DNA from: Dictyostelium discoideum
Taxonomy: Eukaryota
Assembly: GCA_000004695.1 (NCBI GenBank)
Contig: CM000150.2
Location: forward strand, 1,952,001 to 2,016,000
Length of the DNA: 64,000 nt
Direction: 5' to 3'
Below are positions 42,316 through 53,125 of this stretch, one piece after another. How positions within the stretch are numbered: the first letter of the stretch is position 1; each line of letters begins with the position of its first letter. A model generated the notes under the pieces. It saw only the letters and a program-made list of their open reading frames with translations, was not told the origin of the DNA and searched no databases. A program made the position numbers and the translations under genes.

Positions 42316-42923
42316 ATGCCACCAAAACCTACATACGTTAGTGGGGGTAGTGTTACTCAAACAGGTAGAAGTAAATGGAGATTATCATATATTCCTGAAT
42401 TTATTTGGGGTATTTTAAATCAAATAACTTTTTTGTAAGTATTTATATATTTATATATATTTTCATTGTTATTATTCTTTTATTAACATATACATATATT
42501 TTTAGCTTCTCAACTTTAATAGGTGTAGGTTAAATTTATTTAGGTTTTTTTTTTTTTTTTTTTTTTTTCTTTCAAAATTAAGAGATTATATATATTAATT
42601 ATAATTAAATTAAATATATTTAGGGTACAGTTGAACCTAGAAGACGTCCAAATAACCAAGGTGGAGGTAGAAGATTAGCAGGATTTGATGGTAATGGTAA
42701 TGTAACAGGTGGAAGTGGTGTAGGTGGTAGTGGTCCAAGTAAAGGTCCAGATAATGGTTCAAATAATAGAAGAGGTGACATGAAAAATATTTGTATGTAT
42801 TTCCTTTTTTTTTTTTTTTTTTTTTTCTATTATTTTTTTTTTATTGGGTATTAATTGATCATTGTTTTAAATTTAATTTTAGTGGCATGTAATTCAGCTT
42901 CAGGATCTTGAGGTCCGAAATAG
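42316..42923 (+). CDS. selK: Selenoprotein K (SelK) homolog, 115 aa with an in-frame TGA (Sec) at 42909-42911 (...GS-U-GPK*). Four exons: 42316..42434, 42506..42524, 42624..42792, 42883..42923.
   Basis: The sequence SKWRLSYIPEFIWGILNQITFLF matches human SELK SPWRLSLITDFFWGIAEFVVLFF. It has a Gly/Pro-rich middle. The C-terminal MACNSASGS-TGA-GPK matches human PMAGG-U-GR. Confidence 0.7.
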
Positions 42924-43147
42924 GTTAAACTAAATTATTTTTATAGTTTTTTTTTTTTTTTTTTTTTTTAATTTTTTATTTTCCTTTTTTCTTTTTTAGA
43001 ATAATATTAAACATTTTATTTTACTTTCAAGTATTTTGGAAAAAAAAGAAAAAAAAGAAAAAAAAGAAAAGGAGAAAAAAAGAAAAAAAAAAGAAAAAAA
43101 ACATATTTATAATTTGGTTATTTAACCATTTAGAGGAATATTGTGAA

Positions 43148-43196
43148 GAATCAATGATTAGTTTTTAAAACTGTAATGATTTGTTAAATTAAAACC
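43148..43196 (+). promoter_or_regulatory. Candidate SECIS element for selK (ATGA ... AAAA ... TGAT), ~230 nt after the stop.
   Basis: The core tcaATGAttagtttttAAAActgtaaTGATttg contains the SECIS quartet plus the apical AA motif at the right spacing. No folding was computed. Confidence 0.35.
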
Positions 43197-43559
43197 ATTT
43201 TATTGGCAATTTAACATTGAATAGATCATTTTCATCAGTAACCAATATTCTTTAAAAAAAAAAAAAAAAACAAGATCAAAATAAAAACAAAATTGTATAT
43301 AGTAATATCATAATAATAATAATAAATTTTTAAATTCCTACTTTGCATCATAATTTTCTTTATTTTTATTTTAAATATTAACTTAAATATTGGATTTTTT
43401 TTAGTTATAATCGTTTTAAAAATGGGTAATTATTCAATATCCTTCCAATTTAATAAATTGCCCAATTCAATAGAATCGATAAAGACAATTATTGATTTCT
43501 ATTTTAAATTTTTTTCATAATTTTAGTTTTTTTCAATTTAAAAATTCATTTTCAAAAAT

Positions 43560-43631
43560 GGCTCCTTAGCATAGTGGTATTGCGCTTCCCTAGTAAGGAA
43601 GAGGTCATGAGTTCGATCCTCATAGGAGCCT
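43560..43631 (+). tRNA. tRNA-Thr (anticodon AGT), including a U discriminator.
   Basis: The acceptor is GGCTCCT/AGGAGCC. The anticodon stem CTTCC/GGAAG carries the loop CTAGTAA. The T-arm is ATGAG TTCGATC CTCAT. It is identical to the copy at 45247. Confidence 0.85.
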
Positions 43632-43672
43632 TTTTTTGAATAATCTTACAAAACCTAGGGATTTATTTTATT

Positions 43673-43727
43673 AATTACCTAATCTAAACATACCATCAAT
43701 ACATGGATAATCAATCTTGTTAATCCA

Positions 43728-43793
<66 letters not shown>
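43673..43793 (+). mobile_element. TRE3 3' terminal (C-module-like) fragment with poly(A), 42 bp downstream of tRNA-Thr.
   Basis: It starts TTACCTAATCTAAA..., as does the 3' UTR of the TRE3 copies at 23749 and 49387. It ends in A57. Confidence 0.5.
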
Positions 43794-43797
<4 letters not shown>

Positions 43798-44460
43798 AAA
43801 TTGAGGAAATCAATAACATGACCAGATGGTTCTTATTCTCCTCAGTTAAGAATACATATACAGAAGAGAGAAAATACAAAACTATGATGAAAATAGACAG
43901 AGCATATGCAGATTGGAAAGAAGGAGGCATAAAATTATGGGATATAGAACTAAGACATATAGCATTCAAAATCTGGTACATGAACAGGCTACTCCATAAC
44001 AACTACAACAACAACAACAATACCTTACAAGAATGGTACATGGAGCAATTAAGTAGAAAAAAAGCCCACACTTCAACCCTCAACGATATGTGCAGACACT
44101 GGGGTGTATTCAGAGTCAAATTTTACCAAAACCATCCAAAGATAAATGAACTTCCAGACTGTATAAGAAACGACAATGACGAACCACTAAAACTGAAAGA
44201 AATTTACGAACTCATGATCAAAGACAGACACCCAACACCAAGAAGAACACTGATGAAAGCAAATCAGAGCCAAAGTTCGAACAAAAGGTCATAGAAACAG
44301 AATTACTAAATCTCATCGAAACTGAAAAATTCATCACACTAAAGAAAATCAAACACGACGAAGCAATACTAAAAAACACCAATCAAGATCTTCACAAATA
44401 CAAATTCAACAAAGCCTGGCAAACCCCAGCAGCTCCGAACCCCCTTCCAATTTAAGTAGT

Positions 44461-44536
<76 letters not shown>
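43794..44536 (+). mobile_element. 5'-truncated TRE3-like element of a different subfamily: the ORF2 C-terminal 158 aa + 3' UTR + long poly(A).
   Basis: ORF 43818..44294 reads KEGGIKLWDIELRHIAFKIWYMNRLL. The full TRE3 ORF2 reads KEGGWGMWNIQLRQVAQKIWIYNRFL. Confidence 0.65.
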
Positions 44537-44546
<10 letters not shown>

Positions 44547-45059
44547 GTTTAAAAAATTTAATACAAATTGAATAATAAAAATAAAACCGTTTAACAAACA
44601 CCGCCGAAAAGACACAAGGACATTCCTTGAAGGTCTGATCACAGGTAAAAAAAAAAAAAAAAAAAACCTAATCTAAAATAACAAATCAAAATCAGTACTA
44701 CCAAATATTATTTCATTCGATCAATTCATCTAATCAATAATATATTATACCTTTGATTTATATATTGAATATATAAATCTCAAATAAATATCTACTCTTC
44801 ATTTCAAAAAAAAATCAATTAAAAATTCATAAATAAACCTATTATTTCTGTTTATTTCCTATAACCAAAAAACAGTGATTGATCATTATAAAAAAAAAAA
44901 AAATAAAAAAAAAATTTATATGTTCAATAATTAATAAAAAATTAATTATTTCCAAAAATAGTATATTATTTTAAATATTCTCCATTTCATATAGAAAAAA
45001 ATAATTATTAAATTAAATTAAATTATTAAATTATTGAAGATTTATAAATTTAATATAGT

Positions 45060-45196
45060 TATTCAATAAATATGACATATTTGAAATGTTTTTTTTTATT
45101 TGAGTTTTGTCTACAATTTCTCATGGAGCCAACAAGAAATGAAAAATGAAATAATCAAAAAAAGAGATTGTTGTTTGTTGTTTTTTTTGATTTGAA
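45060..45196 (-). mobile_element. TRE5-A 5'-end remnant (ORF1-start fragment fused to an A-module fragment), ending 51 bp upstream of tRNA-Thr.
   Basis: 45096-45120 matches TTTGAGTTTT(A/G)TC(C/T)ACAATTTC at the ORF1 start (3617-3640). 45140-45190 matches the A-module GAAAAATGAAATAATCAAAAAAAGAGATTGTTG. Confidence 0.55.
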
Positions 45197-45246
45197 AAAA
45201 ATATATTTAGTTTTTTTTCTATTATTGATTTTTTTTTTTCAAAAAT

Positions 45247-45318
45247 GGCTCCTTAGCATAGTGGTATTGCGCTTCCCTAGTAAGGAAGAGGTCATGAGTT
45301 CGATCCTCATAGGAGCCT
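45247..45318 (+). tRNA. tRNA-Thr (anticodon AGT), second copy.
   Basis: It is identical to 43560-43631. The upstream TTCAAAAATGGCTCC context is shared. Confidence 0.85.
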
Positions 45319-45364
45319 TTTTTTGGTTTTGGAGAACCATACAAAACCAAATTCAAAAATGAAA

Positions 45365-48300
45365 CAAAAAAAACCTTAACAAAACAAAGAAATAAACGAG
45401 AATTTATACATATAATAAATAAATCACTGTTATATCTTCACCGCCACATTCATTCCTCTTAATTTTACCCTATTTTTGCTCAATAAAGCAAGGGCTATCG
45501 TCCTATATACTTTTCAACAATGGCTGATGATCACTCAACTGAATTACAGTTAAATCATACAGATAACAACACAACCAATACAAATAATACCTCCACAACC
45601 TCAACAACAAAAAACAAAAGTGCAAAAATCGACACACCTAAAAAACAAACCCCAACAAACCAATTCTCACTTAACAAAGGACTTGATAAAGTGTTACTTT
45701 AATCAACCATACATCCGTGAAGAATTAACCTCTAAAGATGACACAAGAATTCAACAAATTCACAAAAACATTCACAAACTCTTCGAAGATATACTGTCGC
45801 CATCAGCATTAAAAATAATTGGTGCAACTGCCTTCGTAAATTGCAACGTTGATAAATTAACTTCAATAATCAACCTTCAAAACCAACTTGAACTAAATAT
45901 CGACAAACTCAACTATAGATTCGAAATATCATCAAATGATTATGCAATCATTAAAACATTCATTCAAACGTACTCACCCAAACATGAAAACGATGCAATT
46001 ATAAACAACCTCACCAAATTCACCAGTTGTACATCAATTGAATCATTTACTGTCACATACTCATATGCTGTTGCGTTTAAAAGCTACATTATAACATCAT
46101 CTAATTGATCACACACAACATTGTTGATCAAAAGATCCAACAACCATCTGGTATCACAAGATATATCAAAGCTGCAACACGTAGTGTCACTTAACACAAA
46201 ATTCAACATGCAAAAAATGCAGATATGGCAACAACTATAAAAAATGCTCTCACAACCCAAATATTAACAAAAACAATCAACCACCAAAAAACAACATTAA
46301 CACCCCACCAATCAACGAAATTGCAAATTCCAATCGCAATAATAACCCACTTCAAAATAGTGGTTCAAAAGCTACACTAAATGAACCACTTGAAACCAAC
46401 AATCAATCCCAAAACAATAATGAAATTTCACACAAAAGTGATTCTTCAAATAATAATAACGGGAAAAACTCATTATCAATGAGCAATCCAACCGATCCAA
46501 CAATTGTACCACAAAAACCTCTACAATCCCAACCAAACAAACCAAGTGCACCAACTCCAAATACAATAAATACAAGAAGAAGCAGCAATGCCTTGACTAC
46601 ACAACCAGTCAATACTGGTGCAGCCAAACCTAAACACACTCAACAATTGATGGTAGAGCTATTTTAGCAGACATTATATTTCCAAATCAATTACCAATTG
46701 GTATTCTTGGAATTTACGCACCAGCATCAAATAATACCATCAAAAAGAATTCATATGCAACTTCACTACAAACACTTCTCCACAACCACTCAACAAACCC
46801 AATACCAAACCAATCCCAACATGTATCTATTATCGCAGGAGATTTCAACTGTATCCACAACGACAATTCACTATTAGATGATATTATCCAATCCTACACA
46901 TACCAACACCATCTAATTGATCAAGGTGAATTTAAAAACCTCATACACATGGCAACAGATTAGATAGAATATATACTCAATACAATAGAATAGACCCTGT
47001 ATTCAGCGATGCATTGTTCTTCAAGATGTTTGAATTTTGCTGCTTTTTCTAATAGTATTTGTTTTGCAAGTTGAGTTTGTTTGTCTTTGTTATATTGATA
47101 GTTTTTTAGAGTTTTAATAATTTTTGATTTTACTTTTGACCAATTTGTAAATTGATTGATTGATGTGTTATTGTGATTATTTATTAAATGATTGATAATA
47201 TTGATCGCTTCATGGTCATTTGCAGTACCAGGTGATAATATCCATCTTTTCTTATGTTTATTTATTTGAAAAGGTGAAGAAATTGTTGTTGATATTGGAT
47301 TATGATCTGATAATGAAGATGGAATTTGATGGACTTGTGTATATATGTAACAAAAACAAATTACATCAAAACCACACAAACATATTAAAAAAACATATAA
47401 ATGGAGAAATACCTAGCAAGTATCTATCAGCAATACTAAACAAAAGATCAAAAGATGCAAAAATTGAATCAGTCCAATATGATAACATCATTACATCCGA
47501 TCCCGACCAAATTGAAAATGCGTTTGTTGAATTCTACACAAATCTATATAGCTTACAAATATGTTGTCCAATTACTCACCAGCTCATGCTAAACACATGG
47601 CCCATCATAAAAAAGAATATTGGATGGTTTAGACTCACCATTTATACAAGATGAAGTTGAAGCTGCAATTAAAGACCAAGTTAAACCCATTCTCACTACA
47701 TTATTCAACGATATACTAGAAAATCCTCACCACATCACAACAGAATTCACCGAAGGTCTTATACACACAATATACTAGAAAGGCAACCCCTTACTCATAT
47801 CAAATCGTCGTCCCATTACACTTCTAAACACTGATTACAAAATCCTCTCAAAAGTAATCAATGCACGTCTTCTGAGAATACTTCCTTTCATCATCAACAA
47901 CAACCAAACTGGTTTCGTACCCCACTGACTCATCATAGACAACATCATCAACATCAATGAATTAATCAACTACCTCTAATCTAAAAACCTCCCTGGTATC
48001 ATCACACTATTTGACTTCTTTAAAGCATTTGATTCTATCTCTCACGATAGTATTAAAAGAACATTAATTCATATTGGTATACCAATAAAATTAATAAATT
48101 TAATCCACAAGCTATTATCTGACTCATTAGCAAAAATTTCAATTAATGGTAAAACGACCAGAAAATTCGATATTATAAGAGGTGTAAAACAAGGTGACCC
48201 AATCTCAGCCACTTTATTTGTAATTGTAATTGAAATATTAGCAAGAACAATAAATGCAGACAATACAATAATTGGATTACCAATTTCACCCAATCCACAA

Positions 48301-49535
48301 ATTAAAATCAAATTTACCCAATTTGCAGACGACTCTACAACATACAACATCAACTACGAACAACAACAATCAATCAAACATTTCGATAATTTCTTCAACA
48401 TCATCATTAAATTTTGACAAAAGTGCAATAATAGAAATCGACCCCCACAAAATCACTGATAAACACATAATAAACAACATTCCATAATCAAAAAGAATAC
48501 CAATAACCAAAAAAGATCAATCAGAAAGAGTCCTTGGCTATTTCTTTAATCATAATGGTTTACATAGGAAATTACCAGAAACAATGAAAACACTGATCAA
48601 ATCATTAGTACTATGGTAAAACTAGTGGCACAACATTAAAAACAAAAACAACCATCATAAACACCTACTCACTATCACCAATAACATATTTATCATACCT
48701 TGAAGAATTTACAAAAGATGAAGAAATTCAAATTAATAAATTAATCTCATGGTTTATGAATTCTCCCGCAAATTCTGAATCACCAACTCTCAATACCAAT
48801 TCCATTGAAAACAACACATCAACCACGACAAATTAAAATATTTTATATATAAAAATTGCAATGGAAACAAAAACTGGTCACTAACAAAAAACCAAACAAC
48901 AAAATTAAACACACTCATTTATAAACCACAAACAAACAACAAAGCATTTAAACCAGATCCAACAATCAATATTAATTTTAATTTGCAGAAAACGCACAAT
49001 ATAAAATATACAGGTTCAACTGGAATTATATAAAAACAAATCTTGATCTAGTCAGAACACATGCATATTGGAACATAATCTCATTAGTTATTCACCAAAT
49101 ATGGATATGGTTATGCAAATCATTATTTGACATCAATATAACTCAATCAATTGACAATTGGAACAACCAAATAAACAACACAACACTAGATTATGATATA
49201 TTAAAATCAAAATGGCACAAGCTAATAAGATTGGAATATTCAAGAACATTATCAAACTTTAACCAATACTCAATTAAAAACAACCTCACAAAAACTCAAA
49301 AAGAAACCCAATGGTCCGAAACCATCAAAAAATTTAAAAAAGAATAGAGCATAAACACAAATGAACCAATTCCAACAATTACACCACCAATTAATTATTA
49401 ATTACCTAATCTAAAATAACATACCATATTAAATTCACAAAAACTAAAAAACCTAAAATAAATAAATAAAAATAACATACTAATTGTATACTACAATAGT
49501 TTATTTATATCAAAAAAAAAAAAAAAAAAAAAAAA
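45365..49535 (+). mobile_element. Degenerate TRE3 copy of the same subfamily as 18554-23876. It has multiple frameshifts/stops, a ~275-bp deletion, a 344-bp internal inversion (47000-47343) and a ~0.5-kb 3' deletion. It lies ~50 bp downstream of tRNA-Thr.
   Basis: It is collinear and highly similar to copy 1 from AACAAAGAAATAAACGAGAATTTATACATA to the poly(A). The ORF track shows ORF1/ORF2 broken into pieces, including a minus-strand piece (46960..47379). Confidence 0.8.
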
Positions 49536-49544
49536 TTCAAAAAA

Positions 49545-49600
49545 GTAAAAAAAAACCGAAACAAAGAAATAGTTTATTTTATATCAAAAAAAAAAAAAAA
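49545..49600 (+). mobile_element. Solo TRE3 remnant: the 5' terminus (AACCGAAACAAAGAAATAG) joined to the 3' terminus/poly(A).
   Basis: The same terminal sequences bound the full copies. Confidence 0.35.
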
Positions 49601-49625
49601 AAAAAACAATCAAAACCCAAGGGTT

Positions 49626-49790
49626 CGACTCCCAATAATTAATTTATTTTTTAAAATATTATAATTTTTAAAATATTTTAAAAATAAATTAATTATTGGG
49701 AGTCGAACCCTTGGGTTTTAAGTTTTTCCCTTCAAAATTCACAAAACTTTATTTTTTGAAGGGAAAAACTCAATTTTTAGTTGCCCCTTC
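49626..49790. repeat. Double hairpin: a perfect 41-bp inverted repeat with ~27-nt spacer (49626-49735), then a 15-bp inverted repeat (49737-49790). The large arms contain B-box-like GGTTCGACTCC.
   Basis: The arm AAAACCCAAGGGTTCGACTCCCAATAATTAATTTATTTTTT and its exact reverse complement are both present. TTTTTCCCTTCAAAA/TTTTGAAGGGAAAAA form the second hairpin. Confidence 0.75.
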
Positions 49791-49949
49791 TTGAGATGAA
49801 TCTGATTTAATTAAATAGGTTACAGGTGCCTTTTAAGGTGGTATGGTTTTTTTTGAATTGGATAACGCAATTATTAGTTGCTTCTCCTTGAGATGCTAGA
49901 TCTCATTTTATTGTAATATTTTTTACCAGTTCTCCAAAAGAGGGGTTAG

Positions 49950-49954
<5 letters not shown>

Positions 49955-50001
<47 letters not shown>

Positions 50002-50160
50002 TTTGGAATTTTGAATTGTATTATTACTTTTGATTAAAACATCTTTTTTGTCCAAACTTTTTTCTAAATCTTTTTTTAATTTATCGTCGGCTTCGTGATT
50101 GATGTTGATGACACATTTGAATTGTTTTTTTTTATTTGTGTTTTACCAGGGTCATTTTCG
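49955..50160 (-). mobile_element. TRE5-A-like ORF1 N-terminal fragment with adjacent poly(A) (plus poly-T 49955-49999). It is fused at ~50160 to an unrelated ORF (50076..50294).
   Basis: 50005-50155 is ~90% identical to 3493-3650. Its translation QFKCVININHEADDKLKKDLEKSLDKKDVLIKS matches ORF1. Confidence 0.6.
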
Positions 50161-50299
50161 AAGATAATTTCATCAGAAATACCGATTGATGGACTACTTT
50201 CGTCCATTTTATAGTCGTCTATTTTCTTTTGGGTATTACAGTTTTGTTCTATTTCAACCAAATGTTTTTTATTTGTTCCAGAAGCTTGAGACAATGAAT

Positions 50300-50830
50300 T
50301 GGCTATCTCACAATGAAGACCAAGTGCGGATAGAATAGTTGAAAAGATATTTTAATGATTCTTATATTTTTTATTAAAATTATTTATTTGTTTTATTTAA
50401 AATAGTTGGTGGTTCAATTTGTTTTTTTCTTGTCCAATTTCATCATTTTCTTTTATCACATCACATAATCTAACAATTTTTCCATTTATATACTGAAGAT
50501 TTGTTAATAATTCGGTTCTTCCATTAAAAAATTTTTTTTGATAAAGTTGGTATATTCACTGAGGCTCATACCCTCCATTCCTTGACCAGAAACCATTTTG
50601 CAATCTTTAAAGTAACCTCTTGAGAATTTATAATGATTAAAAAGGATAATGTCAATTATTTTTACCATTTTTTCTTTACAATCGGCTGTGCACACATTAG
50701 GTTAAAACATTGGAAATTCATTTGGATCGGTTAATAACCATAGGTATTTATTCTTATCTTCCTCAGCTTCTTCAACGGAAAGATGTGGGCACTTATTATT
50801 AGCTCTATCTTTCATTATTTAAGTTGTGAC
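50300..50830 (-). pseudogene. Member of the small Cys-containing protein family (paralog of 57231..57689), with an in-frame stop. It is possibly a pseudogene or has an unrecognised intron.
   Basis: The sequence ...DPNEFPMF*PNVCTADCKEKMVKIIDII...FSRGYFKDC resembles ...DQDEFPKIQPGYCTEECKEKMKEIYRITFERY. Confidence 0.4.
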
Positions 50831-51313
50831 TATAAATATGTTTGTGTGATAATGTTTTATTTAATGCTAGTAAAAAATGTTAAAAAAAAATAATAATGAT
50901 AATTTAATTATTATTTAAAATTAAAAAAAAAAAAAAATAGAAAAAAACTTTTTTTTATGATGTTTTTTTTTGAAAATCAAAAATAAAAAAAACCAACACA
51001 AAAAACAACACCAACAGTTTTTTTCTATTTTTTTTTTACAAAAATAGAGACACAGGGAGTTTTTTTTCTTTTCTGCCATTACTTATTTTTTTAGTTTTTT
51101 TTTTAGAAATGCTAGGGTTACCTTCAAACAATAAAAATATTTATTTAATGTATATTTTTATTTATTTTTTTATTTATTTTTATTTTTTTTTTTGAATATA
51201 TAAATACATTTCTTTTTTTTTCATCAAAATAACAAAAAAAAAAAAAATGAAAAAACTATATAGATTATTATTATTCTAATAATTTTTTTATTATAAACAA
51301 AGGGGAGGCATAA

Positions 51314-52460
51314 ATGAGAAGATTGACATCTGCTTTCTATGATCCTCCAGCTTACCCCCATCCTCATACTGGATATCCCATGGGTTTGTTTGCCGGCAAG
51401 AGATAAAGATCAAATTTGTCAAGCACCCGGTATTTATATTTATTTCTCAAATACTCCACGACCTTATCCACCACGATTGGTTTCTCACCCAGTTACACAA
51501 CCTGTTTATTCGATTGGAAAATCAATTAATGATATTAGAAGTAGGGTTAAGGTCCATAGTGAAGATGATTTCCCCCATTTGATTAACACCCTAATGGTTT
51601 GCTAATGAGGTTCCCATGTAATAATGAACGTTCTGATAGTAGACCAAGTTTTTCTGAAGTAGCGTTATTAACAATGTTTGCAACCATTAAAAACTACATT
51701 TTAGGTGTCAAAGATAGTGATATTATAGTTTTTGATGACAATGGAGAACCATTTGATATTTTAAGAACGTTTTATGGAGTTAATAATAATAATCCATTTC
51801 GTACTTCTATTCCTCTCATCCAAGCTAATGGAACTGCTAAATTTGGATTCGATCATATGGTTGATTCCACACTTTAACCATTAGCTCCTCCTTCCATAGA
51901 TGTTATCAATGACACTAAATCAATTTTCCCAATAGGTATTCTATATGAATGTGGAAAACTACTTGATGGAGATTATAGTAATTTTGGTCAAGAAGAATCT
52001 GCCAATGGGGTATGTAACCCATGCAATAGAAAAAAAGAAAGTGAAGAGAAAAAATCAAATCCAATCAAATTCAAAAATCCACCATTATCTTACCGTTTAG
52101 AAATTAGCAATAAGTTTAGTAATTTGGAATATCAAAATGCCAAAGAAAATGGTCTTCTAGGAAAAAGTCTAGTTGAAACAGAAAAGCCATCAAAGCCATC
52201 AAAAGTTGGTCTTTTCACTAGGTTTGGCCGTTGGTAAAGGTCTTTTTGTTCCAGAGAAAAAAAGTAATTCGCTTCCTGGCAAATTCAAAGATAGTAATAT
52301 TGAAATGGTAGAGGTAAATCCTGGAGAGGAACAAATAAGTGAAGCGGCGGGCGTTGAGCATAGTCAAATTAGATATAGAGGCACAAATTACTTTTTTGAA
52401 CTTGGAGAAGCTGCTGAAGAGGCTGCTATGATTATCATATCATATCTTTTTTAATTTCTT
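51314..52460 (+). pseudogene. Paralog of the secreted-protein gene at 63222, broken by frameshifts into three ORFs (51339.., 51599.., 52173..).
   Basis: The sequence TGYP(M/W)..C.AR.KDQICQAPGIYIYFSNTP matches TGYPWVCTRYLDDTKEVVQKECKHPGIYLIFVNSP at 63222. Three different frames are needed. Confidence 0.4.
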
Positions 52461-53125
52461 GCACCTCTTTTACGTGCAAAGTTACCAGGTTTGGGTATAT
52501 ATCATTGAGTTTCTTGTGCAGTTGCATAAGTTCTAATTGGCTCTTGTCTTTCTCTGTTTCTTTGCAATCGTCTTCTTTCACTTTCTTCTTGCATCAACCT
52601 TCTTCTTTCTTCTTGTCCGGCCAATCTTTGTTGTGTTTTTTTAATTTTTTTTAATTTTACCTTTTCAAGATCTGCTTCAATTTCTTTTTTTTGACGGGCA
52701 CCCATCGTTTTTTTTTAAAAAATAAACCTAATGATTTATACTTGGTTATATTTAATAGTTGAGAATTTTTATTTTATGACATTGGTTTTGAATTATTTTT
52801 AAAAAAATCATTTTAAATTTTCTTTGATTCATTACATTTTTATTTCTATCTAATGATTTTATATTAATGATCAATAGAAAATCCAATAGCCACATAGGAA
52901 TTCTATAGAAAATCACTGGGAAATTTTGGTTTGATTACCTTTATAATGGTTATTTTCTAAAGATTTTCTATAGAAAACCATTGGGTAAACAGTTGTTTCT
53001 ATAGGAAATCTTTAGAAAACAATCATTGGAAATCGTTGAATTTTTCCTTTTCTCAATTTTTTAATAGTTTTCTAATGGGTCACATCTATACCGTTATCTA
53101 TTGAAAACCATTCCAACAAAAAAAT
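52445..53125. repeat. Left arm of a ~650-bp inverted repeat. The partner is 56440-57057, ~95% identical. The left arm has an extra ~75-bp internal tandem duplication (TTCTATAGAAAA-CCATTGGG units).
   Basis: A reverse-complement comparison was done by eye. Both arms contain the small basic-protein gene. Confidence 0.8.
52502..52705 (-). CDS. Small basic coiled-coil protein (67 aa) encoded in the left IR arm.
   Basis: It reads MGARQKKEIEADLEKVKLKKIKKTQQRLAGQEERRRLMQEESERRRLQRNRERQEPIRTYATAQETQ. A near-identical paralog sits inverted at 56794. Confidence 0.5.
   Translation of the reverse strand: MGARQKKEIEADLEKVKLKKIKKTQQRLAGQEERRRLMQEESERRRLQRNRERQEPIRTYATAQETQ

Noticed and set aside
45520-48487. 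Short ORFs inside the second TRE3 copy (45520.., 45620.., 46479.., 46960..(-), 47220.., 48069..(-), 48272..).
   Set aside because: They are fragments of degenerate ORF1/ORF2. I describe them collectively as a decayed element, not as genes.
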